Assembly (NCBI RefSeq): GCF_009914755.1
Contig: NC_060941.1
DNA: 64,000 nt
Strand: one strand, 5' to 3'
From: the human T2T-CHM13v2.0 reference genome, Homo sapiens
Numbering within the stretch: the stretch's first letter is position 1; each line of letters starts with the position of its first letter. A program made the translations under genes and the position numbers. Shown here piece by piece: positions 28,955 to 42,934 of this stretch. Below the pieces are notes generated by a model. That model did not search any database. It was not told the origin of the DNA and saw only the letters and a list, made by a program, of their open reading frames with translations.

Positions 28955-30423
28955 TGTATTTCAGACATTGACTAGTTGGTTAGAGTGACAGTTGACAGCA
29001 CCTGCCCCATTTCTCCTTGAACATGACATGTAGTAGAACTGCAGAACCTCAGCGTTCAGTGTCAGTGCCATCCAGGCTGTTCTCAGGATACAACTGAAAA
29101 CCTGGACGCCATCATCATCAGTGTATCCTTCCAAACCCAGCACCATGATTGAGAAGAAAAGTCAAGACAAGTTCTGTTTTGTTTTTGTTTTTGTGATATT
29201 TTGCTGTTGAAAATAGGGTTGTATTGTCCCTAAATCCTTAAAAGTCAGCACAGACACACTAAGAAAACCAGTGTATAATTAATGTCCACAGCAAAATTTA
29301 GACACATGCCTGTGGTTATATCATCATATATCCAAGACTGACAACAATGCAAGCCATCTTTTGAAAAACTTTTAAACTTTTTAAAAGGATATTGAGGTAT
29401 TGTTAAGATATGTTTTTGCACAGAGACCTAGGGACACATAAATCCAGCCTAGACCAATCACTTCTTCCTATAAGATCCTGATGGGAAAGGAATGGACTGG
29501 AAAATAAAAGGAAGTTAGGGAGTGTTTTCTACTGTGCAGCATTGATTCCAGACACAAACTCTCAGTCCCACTAGAACTAGAACTGCTGGGGTAGGACCTG
29601 CCCACAGCATCTTTTTAGCCTACTCTGGTGATTCTGATTTGCATCCTTCATAGAAAGCTAATGCTCTAGGTTAGAGCATGAGGACCTATTGAGGAATTTC
29701 AGCTCAGTGACTGACACCATCAGATTTAAATTTGAATGACTCTGATAGCCAGATGGAGAGAATTGGAGGCAAGGAGAACAAGGGGCTGCAGGTGTCCTTA
29801 AGTAGGGAGAGGCAGGCAACCACCTGGGAAGATGTTAAATGCACACATCCCCGGGTTCTGTCTGCCCTTGGAGATTCTGCCTCCAGGTGTCTGGAGTGTG
29901 GGACTAGAACATCGGTGCTTTTGAAAAGCTTCACCAGTGATTTAGAGGCTTAACTGTGATTGAGACCCATGACTCTAGAAAGTGCTTTACAAATCACAGG
30001 AGGAATAAGCATTCATGTGCTCTGTTATGTGAAAGCCTCTATCTCACAGCAATAAAGGACACTTAGGACGATTGTGTGTGAGTGCGAGGGAGGCCGGACT
30101 CGGTATGCAAGTGTGCATGGCCATGGAGGCCTCTTCCCGTAGTGCTGCTATTTGGTTGTGCATTCTGTCTGCTGAGACTGTAACCTCAATACACATCACA
30201 TATTTTCCAGATCATCCTGTTCTTTATCTCAGAGGAGGCTCTTGTGTCCATTCCCTGGTTTACAGGGTAAATTGAAATTGCTAAAAGTTGCATTTAGAGT
30301 AGAATGGATGGATTTGGATGCCTGTTGTGGCATCTGGAGCTGCCCCTTTCTTTGCTACCTAGCGTGTCTTCTCTTAAGAGTCTCACAGCTTTTCTAAGCC
30401 CTGTCTGAATTATTTATTTCTAG

Positions 30424-30497
30424 GTAGTGTGATCAAGCTGGAGGAACAGAAGTCAGACCTGGAGAGGCAGCTGAAGACTCTGACCAAGCAGATGAAG
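30424..30497 (+). CDS. SPECC1: SPECC1 coding exon, 74 nt (SSVIKLEEQKSDLERQLKTLTKQMK)
   Basis: tttatttctAG acceptor and AAG|GTGAGA donor; phase 1 in, phase 0 out, consistent with neighbouring exons. Confidence 0.96.
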
Positions 30498-30865
30498 GTG
30501 AGATGCGGGTGGGAGCCTTCACCACCATCTTCCTATGAATTACCCGCTCCGAGGTGTGGATCACTCTCTCTATCCTGCTTTCTCTTGGAACGTTTCCACG
30601 GCATGGTGGGCCCTGGAACTGTAAATTCTTGTTGGCAGGAAGTAAAATCAAAGGAGTCATTTGGTGTCAGGATGGAGAATTCTCATAACCTGAAGGTGTA
30701 ATTCCACCAGTGCCTTTTCCTAGCAGTGAGCCACCGTGTAAGCAGGGCCTCACCAAGCACTGATGGCATTTTTTTCTTGGTGACCAACACGGGGACTCTG
30801 GGGTCCCTGCCCAGGCACTGGCCCTGGCAGGCGTCTGACATAAGGATGGGCTCTGACATTTTCAG

Positions 30866-31071
30866 GAGGAGACCGAGGAATGGAGGCGGTTCCAGGCGGA
30901 TCTGCAGACCGCAGTGGTGGTGGCCAATGACATCAAGTGTGAGGCCCAGCAGGAGCTGCGCACCGTGAAGAGGAAACTGCTGGAGGAGGAGGAGAAGAAT
31001 GCCCGGTTGCAGAAGGAGCTGGGGGATGTGCAGGGCCACGGCAGGGTGGTCACCAGCAGAGCCGCCCCTCC
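30866..31071 (+). CDS. SPECC1: SPECC1 coding exon, 206 nt ([28 protein letters not shown]...RAAPP)
   Basis: ttttcAG acceptor and CC|GTGAGT donor; contains the cytospin-family [20 protein letters not shown] motif. Confidence 0.97.
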
Positions 31072-32199
31072 GTGAGTCTGGTGGGCACCAGGGCCGTGCT
31101 TGCTTCTCAATCACTATGTATGGGGCTCCCTGGTGGGGATGGGACTCTTCATGTCTGTGCCAGGTTCTGCTATTTCCTTTCTGAGATCACCCTGAATTAC
31201 TAGCACCACCTTACCACTAGGAACATTCTGTACAGTACCCAGTCCCTGCCATGCTGCAGCATAAGAGGCTGCTAAGCTCCTCACTTACATATGAAGGGCC
31301 AGTTCTAGCCAAGTATCCTGCTAGGCTTAAAGAATAGAAGTCCTGTCTAGAATGCTCCCTGAATCTTAGTATTTATTAATGCAGGGGAGTGCACACTAAT
31401 AAATACGAATCCACCACCTTGTACAGGTCACTCCCATGCAGTGGGAGAAGCTGGAATCACTCCCAAGGGGAGGAGCCGCCGGAGAAGGACACATTCCTCT
31501 GGGCCCAAGGATGTGCCTGCTTATTGAGAACACCCATGAGCTACGTCAAAAGGCCTTGACATAACCTATTTTATTAAAAAAGGATGAGAGTAGAAAACAT
31601 GCATTTGGCTGATGTGTGACATTCCCTTCTGCTCTTGATGGGGAGAAGCACACAGTGTATCAGCCCAGGGAGCTCTACTAACAGTGACATTTAAGAGGAA
31701 GGTATTCCCAAAGTGAATGCAATGTTAATTATTATCTGAAATTTAGATGGTTTACAGACAAATTTATAAACAGCATTTTTTGCTTTAGCTAATATTATAT
31801 TTACCCAATGAGGAATCAGTGTCCTTAACTTTGAGATTCTTGGATATTAGGAAATGATTTTGAATTTTTAGGTGTCTCTCAAATATCAAACATAGTCTTT
31901 TTAGATCAAATTTCCTGGGTTTTGAATGTTGATCAGGTGGCCCTAGTGTTTACATGTTTCCAAGATCAGTGGCTAGCTCCTGAGCCTTTTGATCTGATGT
32001 TTGGTTATCATGAATTTCATGACATTGGAAAGAGGAGATTTTTCAGAATTCAGCTGTGATTCTCCTGTCAATTCTGCTCCAAGTAATTCCTTATTTCTTT
32101 GTTTATAACTTTTACATAAAATGGCCTTTGGGGAAGGATGAAGATCAGATATAGCTAGCTCCACAATTCACTGTTGAAAAATCAATATCGAGATCATTA

Positions 32200-32330
32200 T
32201 TTTATTTAGTTATTTATTTTTAGAGATGGGGGTCTCACTATGTTGCCCAGGCTGGACTCGAACTACTGAGCCCAGGAGATTCTTCTGCCTCAGCCTTCTG
32301 ACTAACTAGGACTACACATGCGCCAGACAA
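32200..32330 (-). mobile_element. FLAM-like Alu monomer
   Basis: tagagatgggggtctcactatgttgcccaggctggactcgaactac. Confidence 0.8.
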
Positions 32331-32623
32331 GGTCATTACTTTATAGACAGAGCTCTCCCTCTGGACACCAAAGGATGTGAATTTTAAGTGGAGGTAGAGG
32401 GAGAATAGGAAAACTAGGTTTCACAGTGTTCCCTACTGAAACAGTAGTGAGGCCGTTCTGGGTGGCCTCTGTGTCTGCTTTTGTTTCGTTTGCCTCTGTC
32501 TTGCTTCCCTATTGTCTGTCATTGGAAGAAAATCCGAGTCAGAACTTGTGTTGCTTCACATGTACGTTATTTTAATGATAAATGGTAAAAGACAAGTCCT
32601 GAGTTTCTATGGTGGCCCTGAAT

Positions 32624-32727
32624 AGGTTCTTGTATGAGATGCTGTGTTTCTTACGTATACTCTGAGACACAGGCCAGGTTCTTCTATGAGATGCCATGTT
32701 TCTTATGTATATTCTGAGACACAGGCC
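32624..32727. repeat. 52-bp tandem duplication (imperfect)
   Basis: aggttctt(g/c)tatgagatgc...tctgagacacaggcc x2. Confidence 0.92.
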
Positions 32728-33648
32728 AGACCATGCAGCGTGAACCCTGATATTCTAGGAAATCTCCGCATACGTCCTGCCAGTTTAGGACTCCCTATGC
32801 TGCATCCTGCATCTTCAATCTTAACGTCACGTTTTTTTTTAAGCACAGAATGTTTCTTTTTTGATTTTCCAGTGATTTGCAAACCTACCTCCCAATCTAA
32901 CAGTTTAATCCCTTCTCAAAAAACATTTCAAAATTTTAGAATGGACACCAATGAGAACATGTCATGGTACTGAAATCAGGCATCAGAACGTTTCTGTCTG
33001 TCAGTGCATTTGGCAGGAAGTCAGACAAGTGCCGGAGATGCTGGTTTCTTGTCTGATTTTGCACTTCTCTGGCAAGCTGCCCCTTGTAAAGAGTTGACTA
33101 TATGGCAGTTAGTTGCTGGTGGTTCAGCCACTTCCAGCACCTACCCCATGAGCAAGACTTGAAACCAACTCACACCCTCAAAGCTCCGGAAGCCACCTAG
33201 TGTTTCCATCTTGACTGAATGAGTTCTTGATTGAAACTCAGTTTGACTTTGACAGTCATCTAGTGAGAACTCAAAAGTCATTCTTGGTTCAGCCACAGCC
33301 AAAGAACTTGCAGAGCATTCTCTGACGAGGTCCTCAAGGACAACTGAGAGAAGGTAAGATCACCCAAAAAGCACCTGGATCCAGACATGAGATTACCTGG
33401 TTCTTAAGCTCTGTTTGCGTCCGTGGGCACTCACAGGGTTGGTTGCAGCCAGGCTGATAAGCACGAGATGAAGCACCTGGGCAGAAATGCAAACCAGCAT
33501 TCATTGCTGGAACTCAGTAACTAAACAGTGGGATATTATCTAACTCATCCATGATCTTCGGTCCTGTTACACTTTCACAGATATTTTTATTTCAGAGTCA
33601 GAATAACTGATGTTAAGGTATGTGGGGAAGGAAGGCGGTAGCCTCATC

Positions 33649-33719
33649 TTTGCAGTCAACCAGCAATATCTCATTCCCAGTGTCATGTTTGCAGCCAACC
33701 AGTAACATCTCATTCTCAG
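33649..33719. repeat. 39-bp-period tandem duplication (imperfect)
   Basis: tttgcag(t/c)caaccag(c/t)aa(t/c)atctcatt x2. Confidence 0.85.
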
Positions 33720-35525
33720 CCCTGCCTCTTGCCTCTGTTAAAAGAGGTGGGAAGAGGGGGTCGTTTTTGAGGTCTCTTTAAGCTCTGCTGTTCTCTGGAC
33801 TGGTTGGTTAGCTGACCTTTCCCTGGTGGGAGAGTAAGAAACTCCAGTGCCAGCCTTAGAGTTATTCTGGTGCAATGCCTTGAACCTCTTTGACACAGTG
33901 GCATCTCCATATCTTAGTTGTGGCTTGGGAGCCTGCTCTTTCTCTTCCAGAAATGTGAACAAGCCAGTGTGTTTTTAGGGACCTAAAAGTGATCTGTTTC
34001 ATTGGACACATATAATGTAATAGATGAAAAGATAATAACTTTTTCAGCTCTGGCTCCTCCCAGTTTTGAAAACTACCAATTGAGAAAAAGGCTTTGAAAT
34101 GAAAACTCTCACTGAAATGAACCCGTCACATCTTTTTCCTGAAAAGTTGAGTCCTGGGACCTGGCAAAAACAGAAAAAACACAGGCAGCTCAATGTAATG
34201 ATATATTGTGCCGCATACAAGCTTTCTAATGAAAGACATGGTTCGTGAGCAGTGCATGGCACAGGCTTCTCAAGCAGCATCAGGGAAAGACCTCTGTGTT
34301 TGTGGCATTTGTTCCTCTTGTTCTGAAACAGCAAATGCCATTACTTTTAGGGTGACTTATCTGATTCTTACTGTGTCTGTCATATAACACCAATAAACAT
34401 CCATGGAAAACGTCTTTAAAAGAGATAATTAAACACACTTAATATCTGTGCCTAATTAATGCTGTTGGTTTCTAAATAGAATGTCTGTGATTCGAATGTG
34501 TTTCATTTTGCCTATACCACAAGTTCTTGCATTGTCCCCTCTTGGAGGTGAGCAGTGTGGCAGCGCAGCACGTGCAGACTCCACTGGAATTGGCTTAACT
34601 CCATGTGTGCACATCCGTGTCAGCCTGAGTGTCACTGTGTGTGCCTGTGCTGCCCTCTGTGTTGCTCTGATGGCTCTAATGGGTCACAGCCGCTCAGCAT
34701 GTGTTCTCCAGCTACCATGGAGAGGGGAGGGGCGGAAGTTGGAGGTATAGATTCTTTAAGGTCCCTTTTCCAGCTGTCTTGCCACAGATGCTCTGATACT
34801 GAGCCCCTCTCCCAGGTGGAGGGGGGCTGTTCTCCTGAGGATTCTTAAGCAGTTTCTGAACAGACCTCACCTTAGCACCCATGACGGCATGATGGACAGG
34901 GGTCTCCAGCATTTAATTTGGCCCTTGATGCAGAACCTGGTCCTCTCAATGTGCTCTTATTCCAGCTAGCATTATCTGTTCCCTCACCTAGTACTCTTTT
35001 TTTCATAGTTTAAATGTACATTTATGACATTAGACACACAGTCTATAATTCTAAAGAGCTGTGTCTGCCTCCCTGTTCTCTGACCCCTGATTTTACAGAT
35101 TTCAACAATGTGGACATAAGCTTCCCTTAGGCCTTTAGGATTTTTAGGTTGCAGTTATAAAAGCAAGAAGGTTTTTGGCCTTGACAGTAGAGAGAAGCAT
35201 GAGCCTCTGTAAATTCTGGAGGGGCCTATGGTGTTCATCCTGGACATCTCTGCTTCACCACACAGTTCTTTGCTGGAGAAGTTCTGGTGGAGGAGCCTAG
35301 TACAGGCATTTGCAGTCTGGCTTTTTTTTTTTTTTTTTTTATGTCTGAAAACCTTTGGCTTCCAAAAAATTGGAACAGTAGGACTTAAAATCTGTTGGCC
35401 TATCCTGGACATTAGCTTTTCCCTGTGGGACAGTGTAAGCTGGAAATTCTTGCGTTTGTGAACTAAGACTGTATTGCCTTAGGTAACTCCTTTACAGCCT
35501 CTCCCTCCCGTTTCTATTTTCACAG

Positions 35526-35547
35526 CTCCCTGGGCTCTGTCAGCTAG
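35526..35547 (+). CDS. SPECC1: Coding part of an alternative terminal exon of SPECC1 (short isoform ending ...AAPP-SLGSVS*)
   Basis: Strong pyrimidine tract ctccctcccgtttctattttcacAG. The phase-2 join CC+C gives Pro, then TCC CTG GGC TCT GTC AGC TAG. Matches my recollection of the short SPECC1 isoform C-terminus. Confidence 0.85.
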
Positions 35548-35817
35548 CAGAGCATTTGGTGGAAGAAAGACAGCCCAGCTCTTGCCATGATTGGGAGCCG
35601 CAGCCATCTCTAGATGAAAGGGGGAATGTGTAGAGGAGAAATTGCCTCTTTATAAAGAGCCCAGTTGTCTCCTTGTGACATTCTCTGTTTCTCAGAGTCA
35701 TTGCCGTCGAGTCTCTGCTTTTTGTCCACATTTTGGGATCAGCTTACTGCATGATCAAAGATGATGTTTCCCTCTTTTTACTTTTCCTCAGAAGATTGAG
35801 CTGTCTTTTATTTGGAG

Positions 35818-35823
35818 AATAAA
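35818..35823 (+). terminator. Candidate proximal polyadenylation signal of the short isoform
   Basis: AATAAA about 270 nt after the stop and upstream of the UTR Alus. Confidence 0.35.
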
Positions 35824-35886
35824 ATGAAGTTCTGAAAAAAACAAAGTACAAGTCTTATGAAAAGTTATTTGCAGCTGGAGTGCTGA

Positions 35887-36326
<440 letters not shown>

Positions 36327-36430
36327 TGATCGTGGTGTCTGATCATCTTGGAATTCACATTACTCAAGGCAAAATAGGAAGCCATCTGCGTGATGTCACA
36401 TTCCGAAGAAGTCAGAAGGTTCGGCGAGTT

Positions 36431-36707
36431 GGAGCTTTACTCTTGTTGCCCAGGCTAGAGTGCAGTGGTGCGATCTTGGCTCATTGCAAGCTCCGCTTCC
36501 TGGGTTTAAGCTATTCTCCTGCCTTGGCCTCCCAAGTAGCTGGGATTACAGGCATGTGCCGTCACTCCTGGCTAATTTTGTATTTTTAGTAGAGATGCAA
36601 TTTCACCATGTTGGTCAGGCTGGTCTCGAACTCCTGACCTCAAGTGATCTGGCCGCCTCAGCCTCCCAAAGTGCTGGGATTACAGGCTTGAGACCCCATG
36701 TCTGGCC
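36431..36707 (-). mobile_element. AluS without poly-A tail, inside the alternative 3' UTR
   Basis: Dimeric Alu body with no T-tract at its 3' end. Confidence 0.92.
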
Positions 36708-37534
36708 CCTTCTGTGGGGTCTTGATTGAGCCCCTTCACTTGGAGTCTGACTTCATTACCTCGTCTGAAACAAGGTGCCTCCAAGCTTTGGGTTGATTTC
36801 CAGAATCTTGTTGGGTTAAACATAAGTAGAAGTTTGATCATAAAGGATGTTATTAAGCCGGATAGGTAAGCACGGTGACAATGGCAATAGAAATCTAATG
36901 GAAAACGATTGAATGACAACTACACCAAAGTTTCATGGATGAAACTCACCCCAGAAACTTAGTGTTCAAATCAGAGTGATACACAATTCAAAATGTGATT
37001 TTAAACTTCTGGAAATATGTGTGTTTGTGAAGATCCAAATCCAATTCAGCAACCTCCATCAGGCAGAAACCTTCTGCAATCCTCACATGAGGAACTGGTT
37101 CACAGTGTACACAGCATGGAGCCATTAGTGACGTTATCCAAAGGATGAGACAAGACAAAAGTTACTGTCTAATAAAAGGAAAATTAGGAACAGGAATGCT
37201 CTTTAAACTCAGGAAGATCTTTTGGGGTGTCAAACTGGACAGCACAGAATCATTAGAAAAATTAGCTTGGCGTGAGAAGAGACATTGAGGTCTTCTCTGT
37301 AAAATTTACTTAGATACTTGTGAATAGGACTGAAATTTATATTTTGGGCACTCTTTACCTCAGATTCAGAGTTCTTAGGATTATTTAAAATTCATTTGCT
37401 GGATGTTTTCAAGTATAAACAATAAGAAAACTGCAACTTCAACTTAAAAGGCACTGCTGTATTTGCACCCTATATTTTGACCTGTCGTTAGGTACTGTTG
37501 AATATTTTTATCTGTAAGCATTTATGAAGTGCAA

Positions 37535-37540
37535 AATAAA
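37535..37540 (+). terminator. Candidate distal polyadenylation signal of the short isoform
   Basis: AATAAA with an upstream TGTA near 37513 and T/GT-rich sequence downstream. Confidence 0.55.
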
Positions 37541-38541
37541 CATGTTATTATATAGAAGCGTCTGCTGCTTAGTTTTAATCACCAGCTACGTTTCTGCAGG
37601 GCCTTTATGTCGTTTTGTTCTACATTTTTTTCTGAATACAGTTTCAGAACTTCAAAGTCACATCAAGTAACTAGAATTTGAGGTAGAAAAAAGCTGGATG
37701 TAAGTTGTAAATAGGAGGTTGACATGGAATATGAACAGTTTCATTAGTAGAACAAAAGGGCATGGAGTAAAAATGCTAATTTTGCATAAATTTTTAAAAC
37801 TCTAGGGTCTCAGAAAATATAGCATGGACTTAAAGTCTAGATGTGTTTTGTTGACATTTAAATATGAATAGATTGATGATTTAATGTATTGGATTTTTTC
37901 TTAATTATGAAGTATTATTTAGGTATACTAATAACAAAATGGAGACGTGTGAAGAAAAATATTAATCTTTCTTCTCCCTCAGTACCACCTGTGAGGAAAT
38001 CAGTGTTAACAGTGTGTACATTTTTCTTTACTCATGAATATGTATAGGGTTCATTTTCATATTTTTAATAAAAATTGGATTATATTCTTTTCAGTACTCT
38101 GCACCTTTTTATTTTATCATATCATAGGCATCCTTCCAGGTCAATACATAGAAATCTATCTTATTTTAAGAGCAACATGACCTTCCATAGGAAGGATATG
38201 TCCTGGAATATTAAAATATTGTCTTACTAATGCACAACAAGGTTATAATTTTTTTTTTATGAGTAATGCTATAATAGCAGTCCTTATTCATATAGTCCTA
38301 TGTAGTTGTGGTTTTATTTTTATAGAATGGGTTTTTCAAAATACTATTGCTGCTCTAAAGTATATGCACATTTTTATTTTAATAGATGTCTCCAATTACT
38401 CACCTGAGTGCTGTGACATTTCACTCTTGAACATGCCCATCTGTATACATCCTGAGCAGTAGTGGAGAGCCTTGATCATATTTTTGCCAATAGGATAATC
38501 AAAAAATACTATCTTATTAGCACTTTAATTTGCATTTCGCT

Positions 38542-38881
<340 letters not shown>

Positions 38882-41144
38882 CTTTCTAAGCACATCTTTG
38901 TATGTTTACTAACCACTGCATTTTCTCTTCTAAGAATTACTAGTTTTGCAACTTTTCCCTGCTTTTTCACTGAGCTGATTGTTTTTTTCTCATCAGCTTA
39001 TAAGTCAGTATTTTATTAGGGATACGGTTGTATCCCCTATATTATGAGCCTTTATCATATTTTTCATGTGATATGGCTTTATCTTTATCATAGAAAATTT
39101 TATATTTTTATGTAAACTGTTAGTGTTTTCCTTTACTCTTTTTTTTAAGATTCCTTCTCCCCAGTATTATACAAATGTGCTATTAAATGTCTTCATCTAC
39201 TTGATGCACACACATATGCAGGCCATTTGATCCACCTCTCTTTATTTAATCTGATGTGAGGTGTGGTTCTTTTTCTCCCACTGGGTAGCACTGTTTATTA
39301 CCAGAGTCATCCTTTGTCCACTGAATTGAAATCCCACCTTTACATGGTTTATGTCATCCACATTCAGAGAGACCTGCCCTAGATGTGCTCCCATTTCTTT
39401 CTCTTTTGAGTTAGCTCTGCTTTAAAATATTCATAGATTATTAGATTGCTTATATTACTTTTAACTCATCCTTTCATTTAAAATTTTTATTTTATTGAAT
39501 TTTAAGGCAGACAGTATCAGTGTTGAACTCTGTTTCCAGTCATGAATTTACAAACGCCAGTCCTCTCTTGAGTGCAGTTTCCCCTTCACTTTGTATTATG
39601 AACTGTTTGCATCGAGCAGGGCATGATTTTGCCTGTCACCTTCTCTTGCTGAAGCAGATCCAGGTGTGGCAGGGCCTGACGTTTGCCCCAGGTCCGTGTC
39701 TGAATTCTGCTCAGATCCACTGCCTTTGCCTGACAGTGCTTCTGATCTTCTTCTCATGACTTAAACGTGTTGGGAGGCTCTTGAAGGTACATTTGTATTA
39801 CATACTTGGAGGTACAGAAGCCCAGGTAGAGTAGAGAAGGGTGAGTGCCTAGTTGGGAAATTCACCTGTACCCAGTTTCTTCTCTGCCTGGTGAGCCTGG
39901 AACGCAGAGCCAGCTCTCTGGATCTCTTTGCGTGCCCCTCATCCATTTTAGGTGCACACTGTGGCTCTTCCTATCCTGCCCCTTGTCACTACTGCCCTTT
40001 ATGCCTAGGGTAAACCAACCTTGGCCTTCTCGGATGTAAATTCTTCTTGTTCCTGATCCTTTGCCAAAACGCCGTGCATCTCTCTGGGCTTCTCATGCTC
40101 CTCTCCAGCCTTGGCCCTCTAGGGTGGGGGACATTAGTTGGGGTTTTCCCATATCTCCATTTTCTTTGGAAGGGAATTGAGGGAAAGCCCTTGGTATTGT
40201 ATTTTCATTCCCCCGACCGTGTACTCTCTATTAGCAGAAATTCTTCAGAATCTAAGCCACGTCAATGATACTCGACTACAGGACTTTTACTATTTGATTC
40301 TTATTGTTGGGATTTGTAGATTATGATGCTGGTGTTCAAATTACTTTCTTATCCTGTTTGTTTTTATTGTTATATATGCTTTTACTGAAATTTGAAAGTG
40401 AAATTTAGAAGATATTGTTTGACACCTAAGAGACAAAGTACTTCATAATTTCTGTCTTCAAATAGAGTGAAAAACTTCTGTTAGATTTGTTTTATGCAAA
40501 ATAAGTATTTAGAAAAAATTACATTCCAGGCAAGGGCATAGAATGAGCAAAGGCACAGAGGCAGGGCATAAAAGTAAAAAACTTCAGGTGAATAGTCCAA
40601 AACTAGATGGGCAGAGGGGAGTCTTGGGAGATTAACTGAAAGACCTGGGGTTGGGCTTTGTTCAGGTGTTCAGTAAAGAGACCGGCAGGCGTGAGCATGT
40701 GGTTGACATGCGACCCGCCCTCTTCACAAATATTAATCTGCCAATTGTGAAGGTAGCAGTGGTGCCATACAACACTACCCAAATGGAGTTAACCTTTGAA
40801 TACTTTAAAAATCATCATGTACAGGAGCTCACCTGTTCCTGGATCAGAATGAACAATGACATAAAGTGCTGTTTTTAGGAAGTAAATGCTGTAGACCATG
40901 ACTGACATTTGAAAACTCTGTTCTCTAACATAACAAGGAAAGCAGCAAATTAGAGAGGTTAAATAAAAGTTTTAAAGGGAAATAATTAGAGACATGTATG
41001 TATATGTGCTTAAATGACAAGGTGAGGCATGGAAGGCAGACCGACATTCAGTGAGGAGGGCCATGTGCCTTGCTGTGCTCCATGGAGACACTGTCTGCTT
41101 ATGGAGTGTGCATCACCTGCTGTGTGTGACACAGCATCAGGCGG

Positions 41145-41200
41145 TCTGGCCTGCAACTGTTGTTCTCTAGTATCTGGCCTGCAACTGTTGTTCTCTAGTA
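41145..41200. repeat. Perfect 28-bp tandem duplication
   Basis: tctggcctgcaactgttgttctctagta x2. Confidence 0.95.
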
Positions 41201-42580
41201 TGGGTTGCCGCCTTTTAAGAGCAGATTATTGTATAAAGATAGGAACACTGAAATAACTTGGTAGTATTTTTTAAATGTACTTAAAATTTAGGAAGAAATA
41301 CCATCAGTATTATTTCTAGAACCTTGTATATCTCTCACAGAACATTTATGCATTATAGAAAATTTGAGAAATGCGTGGCCAGAGCTGGATTTGCACCCCA
41401 GTTTCACCATTCATGAATCATGTGACCATGGTCAAATTTTCCTCTAAAATAAGGGATAATAATATCTAGTTTTGTTGAAAATTAAATTAGATAATGCTTT
41501 TAAGACACATGGTACTGTGCTTGGCATATACAGTGGAGTTATACACATTCATATTTGTTTTGCTGAAATTATCGATTATTATCCCAGTTTTATATGCTGG
41601 GAGCAGGTAGAATACTTGCTTCATTTTTGTTGTTTTAAGCATGGCCCCTAAACACTAAGCACCTATTTAATGTGTGATGTAACTGAAGAAAGAGCCAATC
41701 ATGAAATGCTGGAGGGAATGCAAGTATGTGAGACTTCTGGAGAGTTGGTGTGTTTGTAAACAGTCATGTTTACAAAAGCATGTACTTTTGAGTGACTCAA
41801 ATTATTTTCATGGTTTATTTGACTACATGTGTGATTATTACTTTGCAGGTTGATTTTAGAACCTAACATCAGCCTTAGAGGCAGTAGCAAGCCTTGAACA
41901 AGTGTTTCTCCAGTAGTGGTACCTTGCAGTTTTTCTTTTATTTAATGCTAAGACATACCTGGCTGTATACTTACATATTTCTTAATATTCATTATAGAAT
42001 ACAGAGTTTTTATTCTTCCTTGGAACAGAGGAAATGTAAGACTTCATTTATGGCTGAGGCTGTTACTAATTGATCCCAGCCAATTCTAAAATAGGCTGGT
42101 GTAAGGATTTTCAGCCTCATTTATGATTTAAGTACATACTAATAAGCCAATAGCATTCTTAATAACCATTTTCTTTGGTTATTCAATTCAGGCTATGTTT
42201 TGTGAATCCCTCTCACATACACAGAGAGACACACAGACACACACACACATACCACTGTTACATAACACAGTGGGTATTTCTCTTCTCAAATTATACAGGG
42301 TTTTCTCATACTGACTCTTATTGTTCTGGCCAAGTAGACTTAGTGTTTGAAATACCATCTTTGGATACCTGAAGCCTGAGGTAATTGATTCTTGTGGCCT
42401 TGCTTTTTAAATTTATCATTTGATATTTTGAATTGCAGATAAATTTAGATAACTGAAAGGAATAACCTCAGCAGAATGTAGGCGTCTCCATTTTGTTCTT
42501 ATTAAATTATCAAAGAATGAAATGTAAAATGAATTATTTAAAATGATTGTCCTTGGGGGCCTTTGGTACTGAGTCATTTA

Positions 42581-42934
<354 letters not shown>

